Shown here piece after piece: positions 30,959 to 43,400 of a DNA stretch of 64,000 nucleotides; the stretch's first letter is position 1; each line of letters begins with the position of its first letter. The notes beneath the pieces were generated by a model that was not told the DNA's origin, ran no database searches, and saw nothing but the letters and a program-made list of their open reading frames with translations. The DNA is from the human T2T-CHM13v2.0 reference genome, Homo sapiens: the NCBI RefSeq assembly GCF_009914755.1, contig NC_060929.1; one strand, written 5' to 3'. Position numbers and translations under genes: made by a program.

Positions 30959-31419
30959 TGTCTTAGTTTGTTTTGTGTTGCTATGACAGAATACCTGAGG
31001 CTGGGTAACCTATTTTTAAATATGTTTATTTAGCTCAAGATTCTGCAGGCTGAAATGTACAAGAAGTATGGTGCCAGTATCTGCTCAGCTTCTGGTGGGG
31101 GCCACGTGGTAGATCAAAACTTCTCAAAGAAAGTCAAAGGGGAAGTGGACACATGCAAAGAAATAAAACTAAAGGAATGTCCTGCCATTGTAACAACCCA
31201 TGCTCCTGAGAACTAATTCATTTCCATGAGAATTAACAGTCTCATTGGAACGAAAACTCACTCACTACTAAGAGAACACCATCAAGTTATTCATAAAAGA
31301 TCTGCTCCTATGATCCAAACACCTCCCACTAGGCTCCACCTCCTGACATGGGTACATTGGAGGTCAAAATTCAACATGAGTTTTGATGAGGAAAAATAAA
31401 GCATATCCAAACCATAGGA
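30959..31419 (-). mobile_element. MST-type MaLR solo LTR
   Basis: tgtcttagtttgttttgtgttgctat...atccaaaccatag; 5-bp TSD aggac. Confidence 0.85.
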
Positions 31420-32130
31420 AGGACTCACATTTTCTGATTTCAAAACTTGCCATGAAGCTATGGTAATCACAACAGCATGCCACTGAGATAAAGATAAACA
31501 TATAGATCAATATAATAGAATTGAGACTCCAAAGATAATCCCTCACACTTACAGTCAATTGATTTTTGATAAGGATGTCAAAACAATTCAATGGAGAAAG
31601 AGCAATCTTTTTTCTTTCAAATAGTGCTGGGGAAACTAGATATTCTGTATAGTATACAAAAGAACAAAGCTGAACCTTCATCTCACACCATATGAAAAAT
31701 CAACTCACATGTTATAAAGACTTAAATGTAAGAGCTAAAGCTATAAAACTCTTGGACAAAAGCACGGGTGTAAATCTTTATGATTTGGATTAGACAATGG
31801 TTTCTGAGACATGACATTTAAAGCTCAAGTAACCAAAAAGTTAAATATATTAGACTTTTTCAAAATTAAAAAACTTTTGTGTTTCAAAGTATAATATCAG
31901 TAACGTGAAAAAAATTCCACATAAGAGAAGAAAGTATTTGCAAATCATGTATCTGACAAAGACCTGGTATCTAGGATAGATAAAGAAGTCTTATCATTAA
32001 AAAATAAAGGAAAATAACACAATTTAAAAATGGGTAAATGATTTGAATATATATTCCTTTTTTTATTCTTGCTATTTTTAAAAAATAATTTCAACTTTTA
32101 TGTTAAATTTAGAGGCTAAATATGTAGGCT

Positions 32131-32457
32131 TTTTTGTTGTTGTTGTTTGTTTTGTTTTTTGTTTTTGAGACAGGGTTTTGCTCTTGTTGCCTGGGCTGGA
32201 GTGCAATGGCACGATCAGCATGATCTCGGCTCACCGCAACCTCCGCCGTCTGAGATCAAGTGATTCTCCTGCCTCAGTCTTCTGAGTAGCTGGGATTACA
32301 GGCATGCGCCACCACGCCCATCTAATTTTATATTTTTAGTAGAGATGGAGTTTCTCCATGTTGGTCAGGCTGGTCTCAAACTCCCAACCTCAGGTGATCC
32401 GCCCGCCTCAGCCTCCCAAAGTGCTGGGATTACAGGCTTGAGCCACCGTGCTGGGCC
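32131..32457 (-). mobile_element. AluSp
   Basis: gctcttgttgcc and tttctccatgttggtcagg diagnostics; TSD aatatg(t/c)aggctt. Confidence 0.92.
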
Positions 32458-35400
32458 AATATGCAGGCTTTTTACAAGGGTATACTGTTTGGGTTACAGT
32501 TGTTCCCATTGGGTTACAATTGATCCCATCATCCAGGTACTGAACATAGAACTCAATGGTTAGTTTTTCAACCTTTGCCCCTTCCCTTTCTCCTCTCTCT
32601 AGTAATCCCCAGTGTCTATAGTTGCCATCTTTATGTCCATGTAATACCTAATGTTTAACTCCACTTATAAATGAGAACATGTAGTATTTTGTTTTCTGTT
32701 CCTTTGTTAATTTGCTTAGGATATTGGCCTCCACGATGGCTATGTTGCTGCAAAGTAAATTATTTTGTTCTTTTTTATGACTGTGTAGTATTCCATGGTG
32801 TATATGTACTATATTTTCTTTATCTAGTCCACCATTGATAGGTATCTAGGTTGATTCCATGTCTTGTTTTTTGAATAGTGCTGCAATGAACATACAAGGA
32901 CTTATGTCTTTTTGAAAGAACAACATATTTTCTTATTGATATACACCCAGGAATGTGTTGAATGGTAGTTCTGTTTTGAAGTTCTTTGAGAAATCCACAA
33001 ACTGCTTTCCACAGTGGCAGAATTAATTTACATTCCCACCAACATTGTATAAGCATTCCTTTTCGTCTGGAGCCTCACCAGCATATTTTGCATTTTGACT
33101 TTTTAATGACAGCCATTCTGACTTGTATCACATTGTTGTTTTGATTTGCATCTCTCTGATGATTAGTGATGTTGAGCATTTTTTTATGTTTGTTAGCCGT
33201 GTGTATGTTTTCTTTTTAGAAGTGTCTGTTCATGTCTTATGCCTGTTAGTGGGGTTGTTTTTGCTTTTTCAGCTGTTTAAGTTCCTTATAGATTTGGAAT
33301 ATTAAACTTTTGTCAGATGTATGGTTTGAGAATAGTTTTTTTCCACTCTGCATGTTGTCTGTTTACTCTATTGACCGTTTCTTTTGCTGTGTAGAAGCTC
33401 TTTAGTTTAATTAGGTCCCACTTGTTAATTTTTGTTTTTGTTGCAATTGCTTTTGAGGACTTAGTCATAAATTCTTTCCCAAGGCTAATCTCCAGAATTG
33501 TGTTTCCTAGATTCTCTTATAGTATTCTTATAGTTTGAGGTATTACATTTAAATCTTTAATTCATCTTAAGTTAATTTTTGTATATGGTGAAATGCAAGG
33601 GTCCAGTTTCTTTATTCTGCATATGGCTAGCCAGTTATCCCAGCCCCATTTATTGAATAAGGAGTCCTTTTCTGATTGCTTATTCTTGTCAAAGACGAGA
33701 TGGCTAAAGTTGTGCAGCTTTATTTCTGGGTTCTCTGTTCGATTGCATGGTTCTCTGTGTTTGTTTGTGTACCAGTACCATGCTCTTTTGGTTACTGTAG
33801 TCTTATAGTATAGTTTGAAATCAAGTCATGTGATGCCTCTGGCTTTGTGCTTTTTGCTTAAGATTGCTTTGGCTACTTGGGTTCTTTTTTGGTTGCACAT
33901 GAATTTTACAAGAGGTTTCTCTTTTCAGTTCTGTGAAAAATGTCATTGGTAGTTTGATAGGAACAGTTTTTAAACTTTTTAATGTATACATTTAGCACTA
34001 TAAACTTTACTTCTAACACTGCTTTTGCCACATCCCAGGGATGTTGGTATGTTTTCTTTCTGTTTTTATTTATTTCAAATAATGTTTTTTATTTCTGCCT
34101 TGATGTCATTGTTTAACTGAAAGTCATTCAGGAGCAAGTTGTTTAACCTCCATGTACTTGTGTGATTTTGAGAGCTCTTTGTATTCCTTTTTATTTTTAT
34201 TCCACTGTGGTCTGAAAGTACAGTTACATGATTTTGATTTTTTTAAATTTATTGAGGCTTGCTCTATCACCAACCATGTTGTCAAACTTGTAGTATGTTC
34301 ATTGTCCAGATGAGAAGAATATTTGATCAGTGGAGTATTTTGTAGATGTCTATTAGGTCCAATTGGCCAAGTTCTTATTAAAGTCCAGGATTTTTTTTGT
34401 TAGTTTTCTGTCTTGATCATCTATGTAATGCTGTCAGTGTGGTGTTGAAGTGCCTTATTATTATTGTGTGGATGTCTAAATTCTTTCTTATGTCTATGAT
34501 ATTTGTTTTATGAATCTGGGCGCTATATACATGTAGAATATTTAAGCCTTCTTGTTGAATTGAACCCTTTATCATTATGTACTGGCTCTTTCTGTCCTTT
34601 TTTACCATTATTGGTTAAAAGTCTGTTTTATCTGATATAATAATAGTGACCCCTGCTCTTTTTTGCATTCTATTTGCATGATAGATCTTTATCTAGCCCT
34701 TTACTTTGAGTCTACGGATCTCATTACAGGTGAGATGGGTCTCTTGAAGACAGCAGAAGGATAGGTCTTGCTTGTCTGTGTGTTTTTTTTTTAATCCAAC
34801 TTTGCCTTTGAAGTGGGGCATTTAGACTATTTTTCTTCAAGGTTAACACTGATATGTGAGGTTTTGAGCCTATCATGAAATTTTTAGGTGGTTGCTTTGT
34901 ATTTTCTACTGTTTGATTGCTTTATGAGGCTTGTGGGCTATGTAATTATGTGTGTTTTTGTGGTACCAGGTATCATTCTTTCATTTCCATATTTAGATCT
35001 CCTTTTGCAACTCTTGTAAGATTGTCTAGGGATAACAAATTCCCTTAGAGCTTGCTTGTCCAGAAAAGAGTTTACTCACCTTAAATTATGAAGCTCAGAT
35101 TAGTGGGATTTGAAATTCTTGGTTGGAATTTATTTTCTTTAAGAATACAGAGAAGGAACAAGCACAAGAATTCTGACACCATGAAAAGCCTGAACGTAGT
35201 GACACCACAAAAGAATCACACTAACTCTCCAGCAATATTCCCTAACCAAAATGGAAGCTCAGAAATGACATATAGAATTCAAAACATAGATAGCGAGAAA
35301 AGTCAATTAGATCCAAGATGAGAAAACCAACACAAAGAAATTGTGGAATTTGAACTTTTTGTTGGAATTTCTTTTCTTTAAGAAAGCTGAAAACATGGTC

Positions 35401-35914
35401 ATAATCTCTCCTGACTTGTAAGGTTTTTGTTTAAAAGTCCATTGTTACCTTGATGGGGTTCCCTTTGTATATTGTCTGACATTTTTCTCTAGCTGCCTTT
35501 AAAATATTTTCTTTAGTGTTGATGTTGGACAGTCTGGTGACTATATAATTTGATGATGTTAATTTTGAATAGTATCTTGCAGGTGTTCTCTGATTTTTTT
35601 CTATCTAGATGTGTACATCTCTAGAATGATTAGAAAAAAATTTTTTGAATTATTCCCTTAAACATGTTTTCCAGGTTTTCTTCCTCTCCATCTCTCATAG
35701 ATTTGGTCACTTTGCATAATCTCATTTCTTGAAGATTTGTTAATTTATTAAAATTCTTTTTTTCTTTATTTTTGTCTGCTTGGTTTAGTTATAAAAAGCC
35801 ATCTTCAAGCTCTGAAATTCTTTCTTCTACTTGGTCCAGTATATAGATAAAGCTTTCAACTGTATTTTGAAACTCCTTTAGAGAGTTTTTAAATTCTAGA
35901 ATCTCCGATTGATT

Positions 35915-36400
35915 TTTCTTTTTTTTTTTTCTTTTTCAAATAATTTTATTAAGTTCAGGGGTATATGTGTGGTTTGTTACATATGTAAATGTGTGTCATG
36001 GAAGTATTTTGTACAGGTTATTTCATCATCCAGGTATTAAGCCTAGTAGCAGCAGTTATTTTCCCCACCCTCTGACAGTGTGTGTTGTTCTCCTCTATGT
36101 GTCCATGTGTTCTCATCATTTAGTTTCCACTTAGAACATGCAGTGATTGATTTTCTGTTCCAACCCTAGATTGCTAAGGATGATGGCCTCTAGCTTCATC
36201 CATGTCCCTGCAAATGACATAACACTCTTTCTCCCTTCTTTTCTTTTCTTTCTTTTTCTTTCTTTCTTTTTCTTTCTTTCTTTCTCTCTTTCCTCTCTTC
36301 TTTCTTTTTTCTTTATTTCTCTCTCTCTCTCCCCCTCCCTCCCTCACTCCCCCACTCTCTCTCTCCCTTTCTTCCTTCCTTCTTTCCTTCCTTCCTTCCA
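35915..36400 (-). mobile_element. Short older-L1PA 3' fragment (35915-36230) plus a (CTTT/CCTT)-rich low-complexity tract (36230-36398)
   Basis: Poly-T and L1 3'UTR text inserted in the L1PB ORF1. Confidence 0.75.
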
Positions 36401-38145
36401 AAAGATGTTTATATCTTCCTTCATTTCCCAAATTGCTTTAGAACTTTCTTTGTGTTTATATTCAACCTTATCTTGGATCACATTGACTTTCCTTGCAATG
36501 CATGCTTTGAATTATTTCTGTCATTCTGAGTTTCCATTTTGATTAGAGAACATTGCTGGAAATCTAGTGCCATCCTTTGGTAGTTCCACTACATTTTTCA
36601 TGGTGCTAAAATTCCTGCGCTAGTTCCTTCTCATCTGCAGATGCTGGCACTTCTAATTTTTGTAATTATTTTTATACAGGTAGAATTTTTCTTTTTGTTT
36701 TGCTATAATGTTATTTTTTTTCTTCTTTCCCTTTCTCTTTCTTCCCCTCCCTTTAGGGAGTGACTGTAGAAAACGCTGGGTATGGACTTTTGGCTTTGCT
36801 TCTATAGCTACACGCACTTTTTTAGCCAATTTTCTATTATGCAGTTTGACCTACAAGCCAGTAGATGATGCATATGGGTAAGAGCCAGCCACGGCCAGTT
36901 CAACTGGGTATATTCCTGTCCTTGTTTACTGGGAGAAGCTATCTGTTGCCTCAGGCAATGAACTGATCCCTGGGATACACAGTGGTCTGAGCTGCCTGCT
37001 CCGTCCCAGGCAGCTGGAAAAAAAGATGGAAAGGACTGAATGAGGCACATTTACCTACAGGTTCCCTGATGGCAGACATAGGTACCAGCAGTGAGGGATA
37101 ATCCAGTGGGTGGCCACCAAGCAGTCAGAGGTATGCCTATTCATGGAACTGGGAAATTTCTTTGGCTTACATTCTCTGCATGGGTATTAGAGTGGCCTAA
37201 ACTCCTAATGCAGGGGAGTGGGTCCTCCAGATGGCTGGAGAGATCTGCCTGGGTATGGGGTGAAGAGGGTCCACCTGCAGTAAGATCGCTACACAGGAAT
37301 GAAAGTGAGCCAGGATGCTAATCCAGGGAAGGGGGTGCTTCTAACATCTGGAGGTCTCCATGCATGTGGAGCCATGAGGGCCCCACTGTACTACAATATA
37401 TGTCCAGGAAGGGTGGGGAGGCTCAGGCTGCTGGTCCAGACAAGCGGGTGCTCCAAATATGTGGAAGTCTGCCTTGGCAAGGAGCAAGGAGGACCCTCCT
37501 GCACCACAGTCTCAGGGGAGCAGATCAGAACACCCAGCAATTACACACATAGACCGGTCCCAGGTTGCCAAGCTGGTCCCGGCTGTAATCTTGTCATCTA
37601 AGAGAGCAGCAGCTAAGCAGTTCTTCTCTCACCTCAGGCCTACAACAAGGCAAACAACACTCCCAGCACCTACTGCTGAGACACTTTCCACATTTCTGGC
37701 TGTGGAGGCCCCTACTCCACTCCAGTCAAATTCTCCAATCTTTGGGCCAAGACTACAGTGCCTGTGTAACCATACAGCCAGGTTACCACGGAATGGCTAA
37801 ATATGTATTTTCCCAGATTAAAAATGGCACCCTGCTGTCAGTCCTGAGTCTGGGAAAATGTCTGGAACTTTTCCTAGTTTCTTTCCCTCACTGTATCTCC
37901 AAGCAGGAAAGTGTCTTTCTCTCACTTGCATCTCCCCAAGTTAGCTCCAGGGCTTGGGAGAAACAAAATGCTCTTCCTCAGCCTGGGTTGCTCAGTTCCT
38001 CAGAGGAAAGGTGAGTCACAGAGGGAGGCTCACTGCTTCTCTTGCATACTGGGACTTCACTCACTTTTATCAGCCAGATGCCATCACAGGGGCTGTTTGC
38101 CTTCATTCTCCCTGAGATCTGAGATGTCATTCATGATTAGGGTGG

Positions 38146-40428
38146 TAATATAGTTTGGCTGTGTCCCCACCCAAATCTCATCTTGAATTGTAGTTCTCAT
38201 AATCCCCACATCATTGGAGGGACCAGGTGGTGATAACTGAATTATGGAGACAGTTTCCCCCATTCTGTTCTAGTGATAGTAAGTTCTCACAAGATCTGAT
38301 GGTTTTATAATGGGCTTCCCTCTTCACTTGGCTCTCATTCTTCTCTCTCCTCCTGCTTTGTGAAGAAGGACATGTTTGCTTCCCTTTCTGCCGTGATCAT
38401 AAATTTTCTGAGGCCTCCCCAGCCCTGTGAACTGTGAGCCAATTAAACCTCTTTCCTTTATCAATTACCCAGTCTTGGGCATGTTCTTATGGCAGTGTGA
38501 GAACCAACTAATACAGTAAGTTGGTACTACAGAGAGTGACATTCTGCTGTGAAGATATCAAAAAATGTAGAAGTGACTTTGGAATTGAGTAAAAGGCAGA
38601 GGTTGGAAGGCTCAGAAGAGTTTGGAGAGGTCAGAAGAAGACAAGAAGATGTGGGAAAGTTTGGACTTCCTGGAGACTTGCTGAAGGGCTTTGACCAAAT
38701 TGCTGATAGTGATATGGACAATGAAGTCCAGACTGAGGTGGTCTCAGATGGAGGTGGGGAACTTTTTGGGAACTGGAGTAAGGTCACTCATGCTATGCAA
38801 AGAGACTGGTGGCATTTTGCCTCTGCCTCAGAATTCTGTGAAACTTTGAACTTGAGAGGTGATCTAGGATATCTGGCTGAAGAAATTTCTAAGCAGCAAA
38901 GCATTCAAGAGGAAGCAGAGACAAAAAGTTTGAAAAATTTGCAGGCTGACAATGTGATAGAAAAGAAAAACCTATTTTCTGGGGAGACATGCAAGCCCAT
39001 TGCAGACATTTGCATACATAATGAGAAGCCAAATGTAAATCACCAAGACAATGGGGAAAATATCTCCAGGGCATGTCAGAGACCTTCATGGCAGCCCCTT
39101 CCCATCACAGGCTTAGAAGCCTAGGATGAAAAAATGGTTTCCCAGGCCAGGCCCAGGGCCCCCCTGCTCTATGAAGCCTCAGGACATGGTACCCCACATC
39201 CCAGCTGCTTCAGCTCCAGCCGTGGCTAAAAGGGACCAACATATAGCTCAGGCCATTGATTCAGAAGGTGCAAGCCCCAAGCCTTAGCAGCTTCCCTGTG
39301 GTATTGGTCCTGCAAGTGTGCAGAAGCCAAGAATTGAGGTTTGGGAACCTCTGCCTAGAATTCAGAGGATGTGTGAAAATACCTGGATGTCCAGGCAGAA
39401 GTTTGCTGCAGGTGCACAGCCCTAATGGAGAACCTCTGCTAGTGCAATGTAGAAGGGAAATGTGGGATCAGAACCCCCATACAGAGTTCCCCCTGGGTCA
39501 CTGCCTAGTGGCGCTGTGAGAAGAGTGCCACCATTCTCCAGACCATAGAATGGTAGATCCACTGACAGCTTGCCCCATGTGCCTTAAAATCCACAGATAC
39601 TCAATGCCAGCCAGTGAAAGCAGCTGCAGGGGCTGTACCCTGCAGAGCCACAGGGGTGGAGCTACCCAAGTCTGTGGGAGCCCACCTCTTTCATCAGCAT
39701 GACCTGGATGTGAGACAAGAATTCAAAGGAGATTATTTCAGAGCTTTAAGATTTAATTACTGCCTCAATGGACTCCAGACTTGAATGTGGCCTGTAGCCC
39801 CTTTGTTTTGGCCAATTTCTCCCATTTGGAGCTAGTGTATTGCCCAATACCTGTACTCTCATTACATCTAGAAGGTAACTAACTTGCTTTTGATTTTTCA
39901 GGCTCGTAGGTAGAAGGGACTTGCTTTGTCTCAGATGAGATGTTGGGCTTGGACTTTCTGGTTAATGCTGGAATGAATTAAGTCTTTAGGGTACTGTTGG
40001 AAAGGCATGATTGTGTTTTGAAATAAGAGCACATAAGATTTGGGAGGGGCCAGGGTGCAATAATATAGTTTGGCTGTATTGCCATCCAAATCTCATCTTG
40101 AATTGTAGTTCCCATAATCCCCAAGTGTTGTGTGAGGGACCAGGTGGAGATAATTGAATAATGGGGGTGGTTTCCTCCATCTGGTTTTCATGATAGTAAT
40201 TTAGCACGAGATCTGATTGTTTTATAAGGGGCTTCCCTCTTTAATTGGCTCTCATTCTTCTCTCTCCTGCCACCTTTTAAAGAAGGGTGTGTTTGCTTCC
40301 CCTGCTGCCATGATTGTATGTTTCCTGAGACCTCCCCTGCAACACTGTGAGTCAATTAAACTCCTTTCCTTTATAAATTACCTAGTCTCAGGTATGTCCT
40401 TATAGAAGCATGAGAATGGACCAATACA
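38146..40428 (+). mobile_element. Full-length THE1C/D provirus: LTR 38146-38515, internal 38516-40060, LTR 40061-40428
   Basis: Paired LTRs ending in aataca, PPT tttgggaggggccaggg, TSD ggtgg/ggtga, MaLR-int ORF remnant at 38549-39124. Inserted in the L1PB 5'UTR. Confidence 0.93.
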
Positions 40429-43400
40429 GGTGAATTCCCATTTTCCTCCTTGAATTAAAGCTCAAAGTTGATATTTATGCACTATCTTGCTATTTCCAAG
40501 GGTTGAGGCACGCTAAAAGCCTCTAATTTGCCATCTTGAAAAACAAACAAACAAAAAAACTAAATAGTTCTCCAAAGACCATATACAAATGGTAAATATA
40601 CATATAAAAAGATGTTCAATATCATTAGTCATTAGGAAGATGCAAGTCAAAACCATCATAGATACCACTTCAAACCCACTAGGACGACAATTAATCAATG
40701 AAAAACAAGTTTTGGTAAGCATATGAAGAAACTGACACTCTTATATACTGCAGGTAGCAGATCGAAAAGAGGCAGCCACTTTGGAAAACAGTTTGGCAGT
40801 TCTTTAAAATGCTAAATACAGGGTTTTCATATAGCTCAAAAACTCTACTCTTAGATACACACCAAAGATACTTAATATATATTTCCAGTCAATAATTCGT
40901 ATACACATTTATAGCACTGTTATTTACAATAATCAAAAGGTGGAACAACCCAAATGTTTATCAAATGATGTATACATAAAAGAAATGTGTTATGTCAATA
41001 AAATGGAATATTATTCACCCATATAAAACAATTACTCATGATTCAAAATACCACATGAGTAAACCTTGAAAACATACTAAGTAAAAAAAAAAGTCACAAA
41101 AGTCCACATATAGTATGCTTCCATTTTTATAAAATGTCCAGAATAGGCAAATCCACAAAGATCAATACAAGATTAGTAGTTGTCAGCAACTAGGGGGAGG
41201 GGGAAAGGAGAGTAACTGCAAATGGGTATGAATTTTCTTTTTGCTTTGATGAATATTTTCTGCAATTACATAGTAGAGATGGTTGCACAATCTTGTGGAG
41301 ATACTGAATATAATTATGTACTCAAAATAGGGAATTTTAAAAATTGCATTTGTAAAAGAAAAAAAGAGGTTTAGTCTAGGATCAGCAATGTGTGTCAGGA
41401 CTGCCATGAGCAATAGAAAGCCACACAAGCCACACACTGCTATGAGGTGGTAGCAGGTAGAAGAGGCCATACTTCTTGGGGGTGGCCTTTTATGCTCCTT
41501 GGAATAATGGCTATGGCTTAGGGGACCCAACCTCCATCAAATATGTTCCATTTCCTAGGTAGATTTGCTGATATTCAATGGACCATGCAGCCTTTTCTCT
41601 TGTATGTCGGTGGTGTCTAGTGAGCAATGCCAAAGTGTCTCCACTTCCCAATGGCCATTTTTTTTTTATATACCATGGAAACTTTGTATCATCTTAGGGA
41701 TAGGGATTGGGGAGAAAATTCCAAGAATAACTAAAGTTTTATCTTTTTATCATCTAAGGCGTTATTTTAACTGATTCAAAGAGATAGGGATTAAAAATAA
41801 GTTTTTTCTTGTATATCTGAGTTTGTTAACTGAGAGTCGTACTTTATACCTTTTATTGGAAACTTAAGTTGCTTCCTTAGATTATTATAAAAGATACATA
41901 AAAAGTTTGTAAAAACAAAGATCTTCTTTTGCAATTATAGCTATTAGTACTATGGAAAACAAAAACAAAAACAAAATCTTTTGATCAGGAGAATTCATTC
42001 TTGCCTCTGTTATTTATTCAACTAAATTTCCAGTTCAATCAACTGGTTGTCAATCAATTCAATTTAAATCAAATTCTATTTAATAACTTGTGTTCTACCT
42101 GTCTCTTCATGTCTCCTCTTTCCCTGATGCATCCTTTGAAAACTTTGCCTTTCCCTCCCTGCTGCCCTCTTGCTGTGTTTACTCCCAATCCATCTCTGTG
42201 TTAAGTCTCAATCCAGGAGTCGCCTCACCAGGGCTGTTTCCTTTTCACTTGCATGGGTTTGGTGCTTATGTTATAATAATCAGAGAGAAAGAGCTCATGT
42301 CTGCCCACAGAGAACTCATTAAAATAATAGAACTTATTTTGTCTAATGCTTGTCTTTCCAGTGTGTGTATTCTTTAGGCCTTGGCCATCCTGTCCCATAT
42401 AGAGACTGCCATCATATTCAGAAACAGAAAATCAGCTTCTGCATCTTTTGTCCCTTCCCAGATGATCTTCAACATGTTGTGCAAAGCCAATAACAGTCCT
42501 CTTGATCATCAAGCCTCACATTTCAAACCTTTTGAATGTTTAAAAGGTTGTGCTTAAATGTGTGATATTTGCTGTTGTTAGTCAACTGCATTTTTGACCT
42601 TTTGTTGCATTGTTTCCATCTTATCAATGATCATTGTTTCAATATTAGGAATTGATACCCAAATTCTTATCTCAATAGTATGTGACAGAGGAAAAATTAA
42701 ACATTCAGAAAGATTCCTCATGAAGAAACAAATTAGCTTTTCATATACAATATTGAAGCCCTAGGTTTTTGACAGGTTACTGGATTCCCCTTCTCAGACT
42801 TGTGTTTCCCAAAACAACACAAAACTATTTCCCTCACCTGAGCAAGTTGCTTCAGAAAGAAAGCAAAACCAGAGCTCTGCAGGCAAGAAGTAAGCAGGAG
42901 TGTAATCCACTTTCTTATAAAGGAACATCCTCTTCTGTCTTCAGAAATGAGGCATGTTTTACACATTTATGCATTATTATTGGTTAATTTCTCAAGTTAT
43001 AGATAGATAAAATATTAAATTATACAAGTAGAAGGTTCCAATCTTGGTTAGTGGTAGCTACTTCCAGAGAATATTGCTTGCCTCCCTGATTGTTAACTGT
43101 AGTCATGAATTTACTCCTGGGCCTCCCGTGAACCTTCTCCTCATTTGTATGGGGCATATATTCCATTCAGGCTCAAAGGCTTCTGCAGACACTCTTATTA
43201 ATTTATAAAACTGGTTCACCTACAACTTTGAGTCTAAAGAGGGAAAATGGCTTGCACTGCTCCCAGAGAGAGAAGATGAATACAAGTAAAGTGAGTCCCT
43301 GAGTCATAATAATGACAACTACACCATCGTTTATTGGGAACTTACTGTATATGAAGCATTGATGGTGTATCTTTCAATTTTATTATCATTCATGTTCTTT

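Larger units (their letters stand above)
32058..40538 (-). mobile_element. L1PB-type LINE-1 with both ends preserved, an internal ORF2 deletion and nested inserts
   Basis: Poly-T at 32058. ORF2 jumps ~1.6 kb at ~33965. ORF1 at ~34900-36637. 5' end CAAGATGGC (YY1 motif) at 40530-40538 on the minus strand. Confidence 0.8.
30780..41360 (+). mobile_element. Old L1M 3' half (pieces 30780-30958, 31420-32057, 40565-41360), host of nested insertions
   Basis: Sense ORF2 3' text (tacagattcaatgcaa..., aaaatgggtaaatgatttgaata) resumes in register at 40568 (ttctccaaagaccatatacaaatgg) and runs to an A-rich tail at ~41355. Confidence 0.8.

Noticed and set aside
38549-39124. 191-aa ORF (and the homologous 132-aa ORF at 6487-6885) as a gene pair
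   Set aside because: Degenerate MaLR internal ORF remnants of the two THE1 elements.
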